From NCBI RefSeq assembly GCF_963921235.1, contig NC_086105.1, positions 50,096,001 through 50,160,000 of the forward strand: 64,000 bases of DNA, read 5' to 3'. A model generated the notes under the pieces. That model worked only from the letters and a program-made list of their open reading frames with translations, made no database searches and had not been told where the DNA came from. Below are positions 45,190 through 58,439 of this stretch, piece by piece. Source of the DNA: Mobula hypostoma. Lineage: Eukaryota. The number at the start of each line of letters is the position of its first letter. The first letter of the stretch is position 1. The position numbers and the translations under genes were made by a program.

Positions 45190-47800
45190 TGTGTAAGCAG
45201 AGCGGCCGTTGTTAGAGTAGGCCAGTACGAGAGTGGGAGGCTTTGGCTCAACAGGCTTGAGCAAGAACAGTCTTGGGAAAGCACAAGTAGTGATTCTAAG
45301 TTAGTTTCTAGAAAGTTTTTTTTCCCTTCTTTCTCTGTCTACTAGTCCGTAGCTAGTGTGAGGAGAACAGGGTCCAGAGTTAATAGTATGTTCTTTATAA
45401 AGGATGTGGGAATGCTCGGTGTCCTCCAATCTCCCTGATATCTACATCTGCATAAAGTGCATCGAGCTGCAACACCTCAGAGACTGCGTTAAGGAACTGG
45501 AGCTGCAGCTCAATGACCCTCAGCTCCTACGGAAGATTGAGGATGTGATAGATAGGAGCTGCAGGGAGGTAGCCACCCTCAAGATGCAGAAGGCAGGTAC
45601 CCGGGTAACCGTTAGGACAGGGAAAGGGAATGGGTAGCCAATGCAGAGTACCCTGTGCCGTTCCCCTCAATGATAAATATAACGTTTCGATACTTTTTGG
45701 GGGGGGGAATGCACCCAAGGGTGGGGGGGATGGGGTGGGACCTACATCGACACAGAGTCTGGCACTATTGCCCAGAAGGGAAGGAAAGGAGAAGAGACAG
45801 GGAATTCCATAGATAGAGGGGCAGACAGGAGATTCTATGGATGTGAAAAAAACACAGATGATATTTAGTCTCCCAGGTACCAGGGTCAGGGATGTCTCGG
45901 ATTGGGTCCACAGCATTCTAAGGGGCAGGATGAGCAGCCAGAAGTCTTGGAAACGTATGGTACCAACAATGTGGGTGGGAAATGGGAGAAGAACCTTGAG
46001 AGAAAGTAAGGAATTGGGTAGAAAGCTGAAAAGCAGGATCTCCAGGGCAGTAATCTCTGGATTGCTGCCTGTACCATGTGCCTGTGAGGTTAAGAATAGA
46101 ATGATTTGGCAAGTGAATACCTGACTGAAGAATTGGTGCCGGGGGCAGGTTTGCAGACTTCTGGAATGTTGGGATCTTGTCTGTAGAAGGTAAGACCTGA
46201 GCCCACTAGGGGAAAATTAATTCTAGACTGGGTGTTGCATAATAAACCAGATTTAATTAGAGAGCTTAAGGTAAAGGAATCCTTAGGAGGCAGTGATCAT
46301 AATATGACAGAATTCATCCTGCAGTTTACGAGGGCGAAGCTTTAATTAGATGCATCAGTGGAGCAAAGGGAATTACAGAGGCATGAGAGAGGAGCTGGTC
46401 AAAGTTGATTGGAAGAGGTCACTAGCAGGGACGTCAACATCTGGTGTTTCTGGGGGAAATTTAGAAGGCATGGGATAGATACATTCCAAACAGAAGAATC
46501 CTACAGGGAGGATAAGGCAACTGTGGCTGACAAGGGAAGCCAAAGACAGCATAAAAGGAAAAGAGAGGGGATGAATATAACAAAAACTAATGGGAAGTTA
46601 AAGCACTGGGAAGATTTTAAAAACCAACAGAAGGCATCCAAAAAAGTTATAAGGGGAGAAAAGGTGGAATATGAAGGCAAGCTAGTCAATAAAAGAGGAT
46701 ACCAAAAGTTCTTTCAGATATATAAAGAGTAAATTCTGATTTGATGGAGAATGGACGTGAAATCACAGAGGAACATATGGAAAAATTTTTGAAACGCCCG
46801 TCCGCTGCTGTCGTTACTGTGTGGTCAGGAATCTTTCGGAGGGTAGGCCTCAAAATCCCCGGGCTTGCCTGCTTTTGGTGATCGAGAAAGAGGTTGAATT
46901 GCTCGGACAGAGATGGCGCTCAGTACTCGGTGTCAGAGAGCTGATCAGAGCTCGAAGTTTTCAGATGACTCAGAGTCAGATTGTGGTCGGCATGGCAGGG
47001 AGAGTTTTTCTTCCCTCTCCCGACTGCGTGAGATGTGGGACATTTGAGAAACTTCGAACTTTACTGTGCTCGTGGACTTTCTTCATCAAGTTATGATATT
47101 GTGCACTGTTGTAACTATATGTATAATTATGTGGTTTTGTCAGTTTTTTCAGTCTTGGTTTGTCCTGTGTTTTGTGATATCACACCGGAGGAAATTATGT
47201 ATCATTTCTTAATGCATGCATTACGAAATGACAATAAAAGGAGACTACGTGTCTTCATAATCTAAAAAAAAAATGAGAGGAGAGAGTGAGTATTGAACTG
47301 CTAGACAATGATGCAAAAGAGGTAGTAATGGGGGACAAGCAAATGGTGGACAAACATAATAAGAGTCTTTTGTCTGTGGAAGACATTAGCAGAATGCCAG
47401 AAATGCAAGAGTGTCAGGGGGCAGAAATGAGTGTCATTGTTATTACTAAGGAGAAGGTGCTTGGGAAGTTGAAAGGTCTTAAGGCAGACAAGTCATTTGG
47501 GACAGGATGGATGCCACCAGAGGGTTCTGAAATAGATAGCTGAAGAGTTTGTGGAAGCATTAGTACTGATCCTTCAACAATCACTAGATTCTGGAATTGT
47601 TCCAGAGGAATGAAAATTGCGAACGTCACTCCACTCTTGAAGTTCAGGAAGCAGAAGAAAGGAAACTATAGGCCAGTTAACCTGACTTCAGTGGTTGGGA
47701 AAATGTTGGAGTCCATTATTAAGGATGAGGCTTCAGGTCACCTGGAGGCACATGATATAATAAACCAACATCAGCATGGTTTCCTTAAGGGGAAATTTTG
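45190..47800 (+). mobile_element. Decayed CR1 with 5' region: ORF1 (zinc finger/coiled coil, SGNH-esterase-like) and part of ORF2
   Basis: MWE...YICIKC.EL..LRD.VKELELQL; SLPGTRVRDV; VISGLLPVP; internal deletion near 46200; then LGGSDHN-like and NYRPVNLT motifs. Confidence 0.8.
46732..47273 (+). mobile_element. 5'-truncated second copy of the SINE-like element at 3540-4165
   Basis: Collinear with 3627-4160; ends AATCT plus A-run; interrupts the CR1. Confidence 0.85.
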
Positions 47801-49515
47801 CCTGTGGGAAGCTAGTGCAGAAATTGCAGAGGCCCTAACAGAGAAATGTGAAACACCCTTAGTCATGGGTGAGATGCCGGAGGACTGGAGGATAGCTAAC
47901 GTTGTTCTGTTGTTTAAGAAAGGCTCTAAGAATAAGCAAGCAAATTATAGGCCAGTGAGCCTGACATCAGTAGTGGGAAAGTTATTGGAAGGTATTCTAA
48001 AGGACCAGATAAACAAGAACCTGGATAGACAGGGGCTGATTCGGGACAGTCAACAGGGCTTTGTGGTAAGTCACCTCTAACCAAACTTAGAGGGTTTTTT
48101 TTCGAGGAAGTTGGCAGGAAAGATGGCGGATAAGGTGATGAGGGAACCATCAAATGCTCCCCATACCTTAACCCTTTCATTTCCAGGATTATTCTCGCAA
48201 ACCTCCTTTGGACCCTCTTCAAAGCCAGCACATCCTTTCTTAGACAAGGGGCCCAAAACAGCTCACGATACTCCAAGTGCTGTCTGACCAATGCTTTATA
48301 AACATCCTTGTTTTTATATTCTAGTCCTCTCAAAATGAATGCTAACATTGCATTTGCCTTCCTTACTACCTACTCAATAACAAGTTAATCTTTAGGAAAT
48401 GGTACACGAGAACTCCCAAGTCCCTTTACACCTCCGATTTCTGAATTTTCTCCCCACTTAAAAAATAATCTACACCTTTATTACTTCTACAAAAACACAT
48501 GACCATGCACCTCTGTGCTATATTCCATCAGCCACTTCTTTGCCCATTCTCCGAATCTGTCCAATTCCTTTTGCAGACTACCTGCTGTTTAAACTTCTGC
48601 AATGCCTGTATGTTTGTAACTCCAGCTTTCATTATCAAAACCTTCCTCAAAACTAGATCAAACCACGTGGCCTTTTTCTGAGGGAGACTGGAATCTTCTA
48701 TAACCTCCAGCAGCAACCATCCACCCCCCAACCCCATCGACCCTGAAGTTATCCCATCTGGACCTGGTAACTAGTCCATAAGCAGTCAGCTTTTCTAGTA
48801 CCTCCTCAGCAAATTTCACCCCATCCATTATCGCTGCTACCTCCTGATTACTAGGATTCTGTTCGTTGGGACAAAAACCAATAAAATCTGCTCCAATGCT
48901 CCAGTTACTCTTTCTTCCTCTAATCCCCAAGATCATCTCCTTCATCTTGATATGTCCCACCACTCTCTTATCACTCACATTTCTGCATGCTTTTGAAAGA
49001 CTTATGGGTCCCTCTTGTTAACTACTGTTTCCACCACACTCTCTCTTTGCTCGTTTTAATTTTCCTGCCATTTCCTCAGTCAGCTTCCTAAATGCATCTT
49101 GGCCGTCACTAAATTCTCTCCGGTAAATTACAAACAAGGGTTCAATTCAGAAGAATTAGAGGGGAATCTTATAGAAACACATAAAATTATGAAAAGAATA
49201 AGATAGAGGCAGGAAGGTCATTTCCACTGGTAGGTGAGACTTGAATTAGCAGAAAACAGTAGAATAGATTTTGGACAGAGATGAGGAGAAACTGCTTTTG
49301 ACAGAGAGTAGGAATCTATAGAACTCTCTGCTCAGGGAAGCAGCAGAGGCTCTTCATTAAATACATTTAAGACACAGATGGATTTTTATTTCGCAGGAGA
49401 ATGAAGGGTTTTGGAGAAAAGGCAGGTATGTGGAGATGAGTCCAATTGACCATGATCTTATTGAATGGTGGACCAGGCTTAACAAGCCAGATGGCCAACT
49501 CTGGCTTCTTATGAT
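47800..49515. mobile_element. Mosaic of CR1 fragments in both orientations
   Basis: Second NYRPVSLTSVVGK copy (+, 47800-48140), minus-strand C-terminus (48145-48600), plus-strand 3' end (49140-49515). Confidence 0.7.
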
Positions 49516-50299
49516 GTGTATCACACACCTACATTTTTCAGCGTCCTCTCATCAATTTCTTTTCTTATCCAGTGAACGTCATGTTCCCTTATTTTACCCC
49601 CTCGTTCTGTGAATACACCGGCCTACATCCAGAACATCTGCTCTAAAAATGTCACACGTTTCATTGCAGTTTCACTTTTATCTGATCTCAATTTATAATG
49701 CTAGTAAAGCCTCCACAGATCATGTAGTATCTGCAGATGAAGAAACTGTTAACACTTCAACCTGAAACTGTTATCCCATTTCTCTCTCCACAGATGCTGC
49801 CTAACCTGCTAAATATTGACAGCATTTGTTTCTGTAGATTTTTGCTTTTAGTTTCCATTTATCCTGTCCAGACCCGCTTCTATTGGTTAAAACCTCCTTG
49901 TACACAACCCCTGCGTTAAATTTCTCCTCAACGCTTGCTATCAAACCTGATGATCTAATGATTGCGCACTCACTCAGACAACTCCTGCTCCACCACTTCC
50001 CTCTGCCTTTTAATACTAGCTCCCTCTCCTCTATCTTCCTCTCAGTCTAGAACTCCTAGATGAAGGGCTTGGACCCAAAATGTCAGCAGTCCATTTCCCT
50101 CCATGGAGGCTGCCTGACCCATTCAGCTACTCCATCTTTTTGTGTTGCTTCAGACTCTAGAATCTGGAGTTTCTTGCAACTTAACCTAATGCTTATGGTT
50201 CCCCAGGAGCCCTCCCACTGATACTTCAGCCTACCCCACACTCCTCAGAACCAGACTCTTCCTCGCTGGTCTGGAAACTCACTGATCAGCGATGTTCTT

Positions 50300-52935
50300 A
50301 GAACTTAGAATATAGAATATAGACCATAGAACAATATAGCACGGTACTCATGATAGCCTTTCAACCAACCCCAACATCAACTTAACCCTTCCCTCTCACA
50401 CAGCCCACCCTATTTTTTTTTAATCAATGTGCTGAAGAGCCTGTTAAACATCCATAATGTATCTGCCTATACCACCACCCCTGGCAGGACATCCCACTCA
50501 CCCACCAATCTGTGTAAAAAAAAATACCTTTGACAGCACCCCTATAATTTCTTCCAATCATCTTAAAATTATGTACCCTCATATTAGCCATTTTTTGCAC
50601 TAGGAAAATGTCTCTGCTATCCACTCTATCTCTGTTTCTTATGATCTTCAACAACTCAGTCAATACCCTCATCCTTCTTCGCTCCAGAGCAATAGCTCTA
50701 GCTTGCTCACCTTATCCTTACAAGGTATGCTGTCAATCCCAGACATCATCCTGATAATTCCCCTCTCTAAAGCTTCCACATCCTTCCTATAAAGAGGCAA
50801 CCAGAACTGAACACAATATTCCATGTGTGGTCTAACCAGAGTTGTTGTTGTTTATTTTTAAAAAGAATGCAACATTACCTCATGAAGCTTCAACTCAAAC
50901 CCCTGACTAATGGTGTCCAACACACATACTCTTTCTTAACCACCGTATCAACTTGCATGGCAACTTTAAGTGGTCAATGGATGTGGACCCCAAGATCCCT
51001 GTTCCTCCACTCTGCTAATAATCCTTCCATTAACCTTGTACTCCATCTTCAAGTTCGACCTTTCAAAGTAAGTCAGAATGACCACCATCTGCCACTTCTC
51101 AGCCTAGCTCTGCATCCTGTCAATGCCCCACTGCAATGTACAACAAGCTTCTGCTCCATCCACACCACCACCGAAACTTGGTCATCTCATTTACTAACCC
51201 ACCCTTCCAATTGCTCTTGCAAGTTATTTATATAAATCACGAAGAAGAGGGGTCCCAGAAAAGATCGCTGCTGCACACCACTGGTCACCGATCTCCAGGC
51301 AGAATATACTCCATCTACAACCACCCCACCTCTGGTTTTTATGGGCAAGCCAATTCTAAATCCATGCAGCCAAGTTTCCCTGGGTTTCATGCCTCTGACG
51401 TTCTAAATGAACCCACCATGGGCTCAAACACCTTACTAAAATCTATTTGCATTACGTCCACTGCTCTACCTTCATCAATTTGCTTTGTCACTCCCTAAAA
51501 GAATTGAATCATGCTCCTAAGGCATGACTTGCCCCTTACAAAGCCATGCTGAAAATCCCTAAACAGACTACGTCTCTCCAAAATGCTTATAAATCCTGTC
51601 TCCAAGAACCCTCTCCAATAATTTGCCCACTTTGATGCAAAACCCACTGGTCTACAATTCCCAGGGTTAACCTTATTAGCTTTCTCGAACAACAGAATAT
51701 TTGCTACCCTCCAATCTTCAGGCACCATTCCTGTGGCCAGTGAGGATGCAACAATCATCACCAAAGGTGCAGCAATCTCTTCCCTCCCTTCCCATTACAA
51801 TCTGGAATATATCCTGTCCAGCCCCGGGGATTTTCCATCCTAATGTCTTTTAAACAGTTCCAGTACATGCTCTTTCTGAACCTTGACATGTTCCAGCACA
51901 TTAGCCTGTCCTACACTGTCCTCGCATTCATCAAGTTCCTTCACACTGGTGACTGCCAAAGCAGTGCACTCATTAAGGGCATCCCCTACCTTCCATGGCT
52001 CCAGACACGTTTGCTCTTTTAACCCTGTTCAGTCCTACCTTCAAACTAGCCATCCTACTGTTCTTCACGCACATGCAGAATGTCGTGTGATGTTCCTTCA
52101 CCTACTCACCAAGGCCTTTTCATGTCCTCTTCTAGCTCTCCCAAGTCCATTCTTAAGCTCCTTCCTTGTTGTCTTGCAACTCTCTGGAGTTCTTTCTGCT
52201 CCTTGTTTCCTAAACAGTAAATAAGCTTCTTTCTTTCTCTTCACTAGGTGCTCCACATCACATAACAACCATGGTTCCCTCTCCCTACTATCCCTTCCCT
52301 GCGGCAATGAGACAAACCTATCTTGAACCCCATGCCAATGCTCCCGATGCGACCTTCACATTCCCATTGTGCATTTCTATGAGTACATATTTTCCCAATT
52401 TATGCTTCCAAGCACCTGCCCAATAGCATAACTCGATCTTAAATACTTTCCCATCTCATCTGCTCCTATCCCTGTCCGAGGCTACGGTAAGTGCCAAAGA
52501 GTTGTCACCATCTCCAAAATACTCACCCACTGAGGCATCTATCACCTGATGGGGTTTATTGCCCAGCACCAGATTCAATACGACCTTTCCTCTAGTTGGC
52601 CTATCTTCAAAAATCCTTCCTGGGCACTCTAACAAATTCTGCACTGCTAAAACCTTTTACACTAAGGAGGTACCAATGAGTATTAGGGAAGCTGAAGTTA
52701 CCAATGACAACAACCCTGTTATTTTTGCACCTTTCACAAAATCACTTCAATCTGCACCTCAGTGTTTCTGTTGTTAATGATGGGTCTATAGGATACTCCC
52801 AATGGAGCAACTGCTCCCTTCCTGTTTCTGACTTCCACCCACACTGACTCAGGAGATGATCCCCCTGCGACGTCCTCCCTTTCTGCAGCTGTGATACCAC
52901 CCCCCATACAGCAATGCCATTCCCCCAACTCTTTT
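50300..52935 (-). mobile_element. Decayed CR1 ORF2 (endonuclease to 3' tail)
   Basis: ESVWVEVRNRKG..LGVSYRP, QHGFVRGKSC and SVTSGVQQ motifs; (TTCTATA)n tail near 50300-50330. Confidence 0.85.
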
Positions 52936-52941
52936 ACCTAG

Positions 52942-53060
52942 CCCAGTAGCATAGTGCTTGGCTTATTGCTATTCCAACACGAGTGACCCAGGTTTAATTC
53001 CTGCCACTGGCTGACGGGAGTTTGCACGTTTGCTCTGTGACTGCCTGGTGCCCCTTCAGC
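52942..53060 (+). mobile_element. V-SINE 5' fragment
   Basis: TAGCATAGTG A-box-like, GGTTTAATTCC B-box-like, GGAGTTTGCACGTT core. Confidence 0.6.
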
Positions 53061-53147
53061 TCAAACTCCCCAGTAATATTCCTTTACACTAGAGTCTCCA
53101 TCTCCCTCTCAGTACATCGAGTCAGTGTTGCATGCTCACATAAATTC

Positions 53148-53337
53148 AGATGCTGGAAATCTGACGCACAAATGGAAAATGCTGGAGAAACTCAGACGGT
53201 CCGGCAGCATCTGCAGAAAGTGAAATTTTTAACCTAAACCCTTCTTTAGAACCAGCAGACGTGAAATATTGACTGCTGCCCTTTGCACAGACGCTGCCTG
53301 ACCTACTGAGTGCTTCCAAACATATTTCTGTTTTCAT
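53148..53337. repeat. Fold-back pair of Penelope-like 3' tails
   Basis: CTCAGACGGTCCGGCAGCATCTG is imperfectly inverted to CAGACGCTGCCTGACCTACTGAG. Confidence 0.65.
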
Positions 53338-53399
53338 TTTTTACATTAAAATTGCAACAGGATTTACAAGCAAAAATAGGTTTAAAAAATTTTACAATA

Positions 53400-55700
53400 G
53401 TCTATTTGTTGCTTTAACTAGACAGAACGTTATAGCTTCCTCCAAATGGTGACAGTTGCAGCAATTGCAATGGGACAAATGTTTAAGAAACACATATTTG
53501 CTCGCGAGGATAGAATTGGGTTAAAATGCGGGGACAACTGCAGTAATAAATCAAAGAAAGCATCAGTGAAATAAAGGACCCCCTCCCCCTCCATCCAGCC
53601 GCCCGGTATCTCACACTGAGACGGGCTTCGACATCACGGCACGTTTGGTCGGCAGGGGGCGGGCAAGAAGTGGTTTTAGAGAGGAGGTGATTATTTCACA
53701 GCTCAGAGTTTCTGTGCATTGGGCTAATGTTCCCCTCTCCCAATGCTATGAAATTCGCTTCCAACAAACTGCCCGATTTAAAAGGCACACGAGGAGATTC
53801 ACCTATGCAAGAGGGGGAAAAAAAACCCACACACACACACAGCTACACGACCGAGACTTCGCAACAAAAGGGGAAAGCATTTCTGACTGAGTACTTTGCT
53901 TGTACAGCGTCCTTTAAGGCATTCCTTTGTCTCCCCGTGTTTAATCCAAGCTCCGCTATCAGCAGGAAATCCTTCCAACTATTCACCCGTAAATCAATGG
54001 GACTTTCACACGCACGCAAAGTTTCCTCACTTGTTATTCGCTTGGTGAATTGGCTGTGAAATTAATCATTTCAGCGATCTCCGCTCGTTTTCCCTTTTCT
54101 GATTTACACAGAGATGGATTCATGGGAAACATAAAAAGTCTTTTCTCTCCCCCCCAACACAAAACATAAAAGGGGGAAGAAAAATATCCGCAAGCTGGCA
54201 TTTGCTGGTTTTATTTGTAAATTCCTACCACCAAACCACCCCCGCCAAAAAAAAATCAGAAAGGCTGTGGATCGGAACTAATCGTGACGGACCGCCAAGA
54301 ATTACAGCAGGGTCCGTGTGAAATGCCCATTGTCAGTCGCCCCCGATCCCCTCGGAGTCCACACACAGGCTGACCGAGGCTCCGGCGCAGAATCTGGAAG
54401 CTCCACATCACCCTCCCCCCCCCTTAATCCTTCACAATGAACCACCACCCCTCGCCCAGTAGCCCCCCACTCCCCCCTCCCACCACCATCAACCTGCCCT
54501 CTGGAAACAATAACGAAGGAGGTGCGCGTTAATTTCCTGTCTTACCTTGGTACATTGGGGCCATCGGTGCAATGCTGTGTGCTATGCATGGCAGAATACA
54601 AAGCCCGTTGCTCCTCTCCTTGCTAAACACGGTGTAGATCTGCCATATTGTGCTGGATTAATTTGGTGTGCAAATCCCCGGCTGCATCGCTTCGTCGGTT
54701 CGCCCAGAGAGGGAGAGAGGGAGAAGGAGAGAGAGACATCGAAGGGGGAGAAAAACTCTTTCAAAATCGGTCATTGAACGCTCTTCTTTCATACAAGGTT
54801 CTCTCTCCCTCCCCCTCTCTCCCTCCAAGTACAAGATAACGGAGACGCTGGGAGAATCCAGTTCGAGTCCCACATGCGGCTCTGATACTTGGCGTCTCAA
54901 TATTTCAGATATATTTTGTTATATTTCTACTGAGTCAAATTACGTTCTTTTTACCTTCTGGACAACATGTCTGTGAGGTTTCTGCAAAGTTACAAGCAGA
55001 AACCAGAGAGCCGAAGAGACATCAACTGCCTATGCAGTCGATCTCTCCCGAAAATAAAACCCTGCAGGGAGAGAGAGAGAGAGAGAGCGGCTGAACAACT
55101 TTGCTCTGCAGACGCCAACTCTCTTTGCAATGAGTTTCGGAAGGCCTCCACTTGCTTCGAGTGGGATGGGAGAGGGGGGAGGGAGGGAGGGAGGAGGTGC
55201 GGGAGGTGTTGGGCTGTGATCAGCTGCGGTGGGCGAAGGCGACCAAAGAGCTGTCTCCAGCACTGAGAATGAAAAAGAGAAATTACTCCTGCGCCGCTCT
55301 CTTCTTTCGACTGCTCCAGGCTGGAGTCTAGAGTGACGCAGGGAGAGCTACAACGAATGATAGGGGGGATGAGTTGGTGAGCGAGTGATGCTTGCCCATC
55401 CAAATTGGCACTTTTAACTCCTTGTTTGCTGGTCTATTAAAGGGCAGAGTTTGATCTGTTTCTTGTAATCCGTCCATCATTTAATTGCTCTGTATTTAAT
55501 CCCGCAATCGATGTCATTGAAACGATCGACTTGCGCCTTGATATCAAGGAGAGTTTGCTGCGTCCCTGGTTCAGTAACATGCGTAACTCGGACGGTTCGC
55601 TATCCGGTGATTTAAAAATCCCGATGTTTCACAATCTTGTCGCAAATCAAAGTCAAGTTCGTGCTTATTATCCTATTACATTACGCATTGGTGCAGTGGA
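53400..55700 (-). promoter_or_regulatory. Repeat-free CpG-enriched block; probable promoter and first-exon region of an unidentified host gene
   Basis: Visibly more CpG than the flanks, no recognisable TE over about 2.3 kb, GA/CT-rich tracts, and a consensus donor inside it. Confidence 0.6.
54546..54589 (-). CDS. Candidate coding part of a first exon (MHSTQHCTDGPNVP.., or MAPMYQ from 54564)
   Basis: Minus strand GCC-ATG at 54589 and donor CAAG|GTAAGA at 54546/54545; protein not recognised and the exon could be non-coding. Confidence 0.4.
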
Positions 55701-55909
55701 AACTTACAGCAGTATCATATGCTCATAGTGTCATACACAATATTGACAAGAAATACAAGAACATAAATTATACAGGAAAGAACAAATCTAGAATTTTAAA
55801 AAAACGAAGTGCATTGTAATGGAAAGTGCTCAGTCGAGTCTGTTATCTGCATAGAGTGAGATGCAAGTACAATGAAGAGTTTCAGCAGCTTCATAGGCAG
55901 GTCGATGTA

Positions 55910-56620
55910 AAGTTCAACGTTCAGAGTACATTTAATTTCAAAGCAGATACATGTCACCATATACAACCCTGAGATTCATTTTCTTATGGGCATACTCAAT
56001 AAATGTATAGACGAAAAACAGAATCAATGAGAGACTGCACCAACTTGGGCAACAGCACTCAAGGTGTTATTTATAAATTGTACAAGATAGTGAAAAAAAA
56101 ACAAGATATTAGTACAAAAAAAATAACACAATAGAAGACAAGCCCATGGTAGTGAAAGAGGTCATGTACCATTGCTGAGAAAGGGTTAATGTTGTTCCGG
56201 TTGATTGTAGGTAAGTAGCTGTTTCTGAACTTGGCAGTGAGGGACTTCAGTCTTCAGACCATCCTGCCCGAAGAGGGTATGAACTGGATGGAGGAATCCT
56301 TGATGATAGAAGCTGCCTTCCTGAGGCAACATTACCTATAGATGGCATCAGTGGCGGGGAGGGCTGTGCCTGTGATAGACCTGGCTGTGCCCTCTTCTAC
56401 CTGCAGCCTGTTGTGTTCCTGTCAGCTGGAATTGCTGTACGGAATACTTTCAACAATCCATCTGCTGAAGTTTGGTAAGGTATTTGGTCACATGCCAAAC
56501 CTGCTGGACCTACCAGGAAAATAGGAGTGCTGCCCTTGCTAAGCCCGAAACAGGTCAGCCAAGATGTCAACAACCAGGAATGTCAAACTACTAACATCTC
56601 GGATGACCTGCCTGTGCCCA
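55910..56620 (-). mobile_element. Degenerate Rex/L2-group LINE 3' fragments
   Basis: CATATACAACCCTGAGATTCATTTTCTT tail and decayed DUF1891-like region. Confidence 0.6.
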
Positions 56621-56784
56621 GCATGTAGATGGACTTCATAGGATTTATAGGAGGATAACTGCCACAAGAATGCAACATCTATCATTGAGCACCCCAAACA
56701 TCCCAGCCATGCTCTCTTCTCACTATTACCATCAGGCAGGGGGTACAGGAGCCTTAGGTCCCTCACAACAAGGTTCAAGAACAG

Positions 56785-57288
56785 AATCAGGCTTATTATC
56801 ACTGGCATGTGTCATGAAATTTATTAACTCAGCAGCAGCAGTTTGATGCAATACATAATATAGAAGAAGAAAATAATAATAGGTAAATCAATTACAATGT
56901 ACGTATATTGAATAGATTAAAAATCATTCAGAAAACAGAAATTATATATATTTAAAAAGTGAGGTAGTGTTCACGGGTTCAATGCCTATTTAGGAATTGG
57001 ATGGCAGAGGGGAAGAAGCTGTTCCTGAATCGCTGAGTGTGTGCCTTCAGGCTTCTGTACCTCCTACTTGATGGTAACAGTGAGAAAAGGGCATGCCCTG
57101 GGTGCTGGAGGTCTTTAATAATGGACGCTGCCTTTCTGAGACACCGCTCCCTGAAGATGTTATGGGTACTTTGTAGGCTAGTACCCAAGATGGAGCTGTC
57201 TGGATTAACAACCTTCTGCAGCTTCTTTTGGTCCTGTGCAGTAGCCCCTCCATACCAGACAATGGTGCAGCCTGTCAGAACGCTCTCC
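56785..57288 (-). mobile_element. Rex/L2-group LINE 3' end inserted antisense in a plus-strand relative (56640-57325)
   Basis: ORF 56979-57290 ESVLTGCTIVWYG...HALFSLLPS...RFRNSFFPSAI; ACAG repeated at 56781-84 and 57289-92. Confidence 0.85.
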
Positions 57289-57329
57289 ACAGTTATTACC
57301 CTACAGCATCAGGCTCCTGAACCAATTGG

Positions 57330-58130
57330 AATTGGATTGGATTGGTTGGCCACTCAGAAATCCTACTTGTACGGACAGAACGAGGGTGCTCGCCAATCTA
57401 CATCGAGTCTCATTGATGTAGAGGAGACCACACTGGAAGCACTGCATGCAGTAGATGACCCTGACAGACTTGCAGGTGAAGTATTGCCTCACCTGGAAGG
57501 ACTGCATGGTGGTGAGGGAGGAGGAGAATGGGCAGGTGTAGCACTTCCACTTGCAAGGATATAAGTGCCAGGAGGGTGATCAGTGCTCAGGGATGTATAG
57601 GCAAGGGAATCACAAAATCAGTGATCCCTGTGGTAAGTGGAAAGAGTTGTGGGGGGAGGAAGGTAAAGATGCATTTGGTGGTAGGATCCCATTGAAGATG
57701 ACAGAAGTTACAGAGAATGACGTGTTGAATGCAGAGTGTCACGGGGTGGTAGGTGAGGACAAGTGCAACTCTGTCCCTGTTAAGGCGGCAGGAAGATGGG
57801 GTTCCAAAGGTCAGAGAAATGTATACAGTATACATCATGAGGGCGGATGTGGAGGATATATGTGTGTGAAGGTAGCATCAATGGAGGAGGAAGGGAAACA
57901 CCATTCTTTGAAGAAGGAGGACATCTCTGATGTTCTAGAAAGGGAAACCTCATCCTGGGACCAAATACAACAAGGATGGAGGAACTGAAAAAAGGGAATG
58001 GCATTTTTACAAGTACAGGGTGGGAAAGAGTATAGTCGTGTTAACCATGAGAGTCAGTAGTTTTATAAAAGATACCAGTGAATAGTATGTCTCCCAAGAT
58101 GGGGACAGAGACATTGAGAAAGAGGAGAGA
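57330..58130 (-). mobile_element. Degenerate Penelope-like RT C-terminus and GIY-YIG
   Basis: QSFQVRQYFTC...CFQCGLLYINET and LVLTYHP...WDPTTK match the ORF at 39393-40850. Confidence 0.85.
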
Positions 58131-58439
58131 GGTGAGAAGTTTTGTATATTCTATTGTGCTTCATTTTTTTCCTGAAAATGCCTGGAAGTAAATTATGTAT
58201 GATAACAAATTCTTGATAATAAATTCACTTTGAACTTTATCAGATGCTCTCCCCTCCAACTCAACGCAACCCCAGTTGCCACGCTTCGCTCCACATATCA
58301 TGGTCAGGGTTCCCACACTCCCTTCCCATTTAACTGAGTCCTGGATCCCATGATCCATTTCAAAGCAACAAGGCTCAAGTAGTTGACACTGTCTGTAACA
58401 TCTCAAAGAACATGCAATAAAAGTGAATTGTGGTATTAG

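Noticed and set aside
56979-57290. ALKBH8 exon (DUF1891-like peptide)
   Set aside because: The peptide recurs in many decayed copies with LINE tails on both strands; it is a LINE C-terminus.
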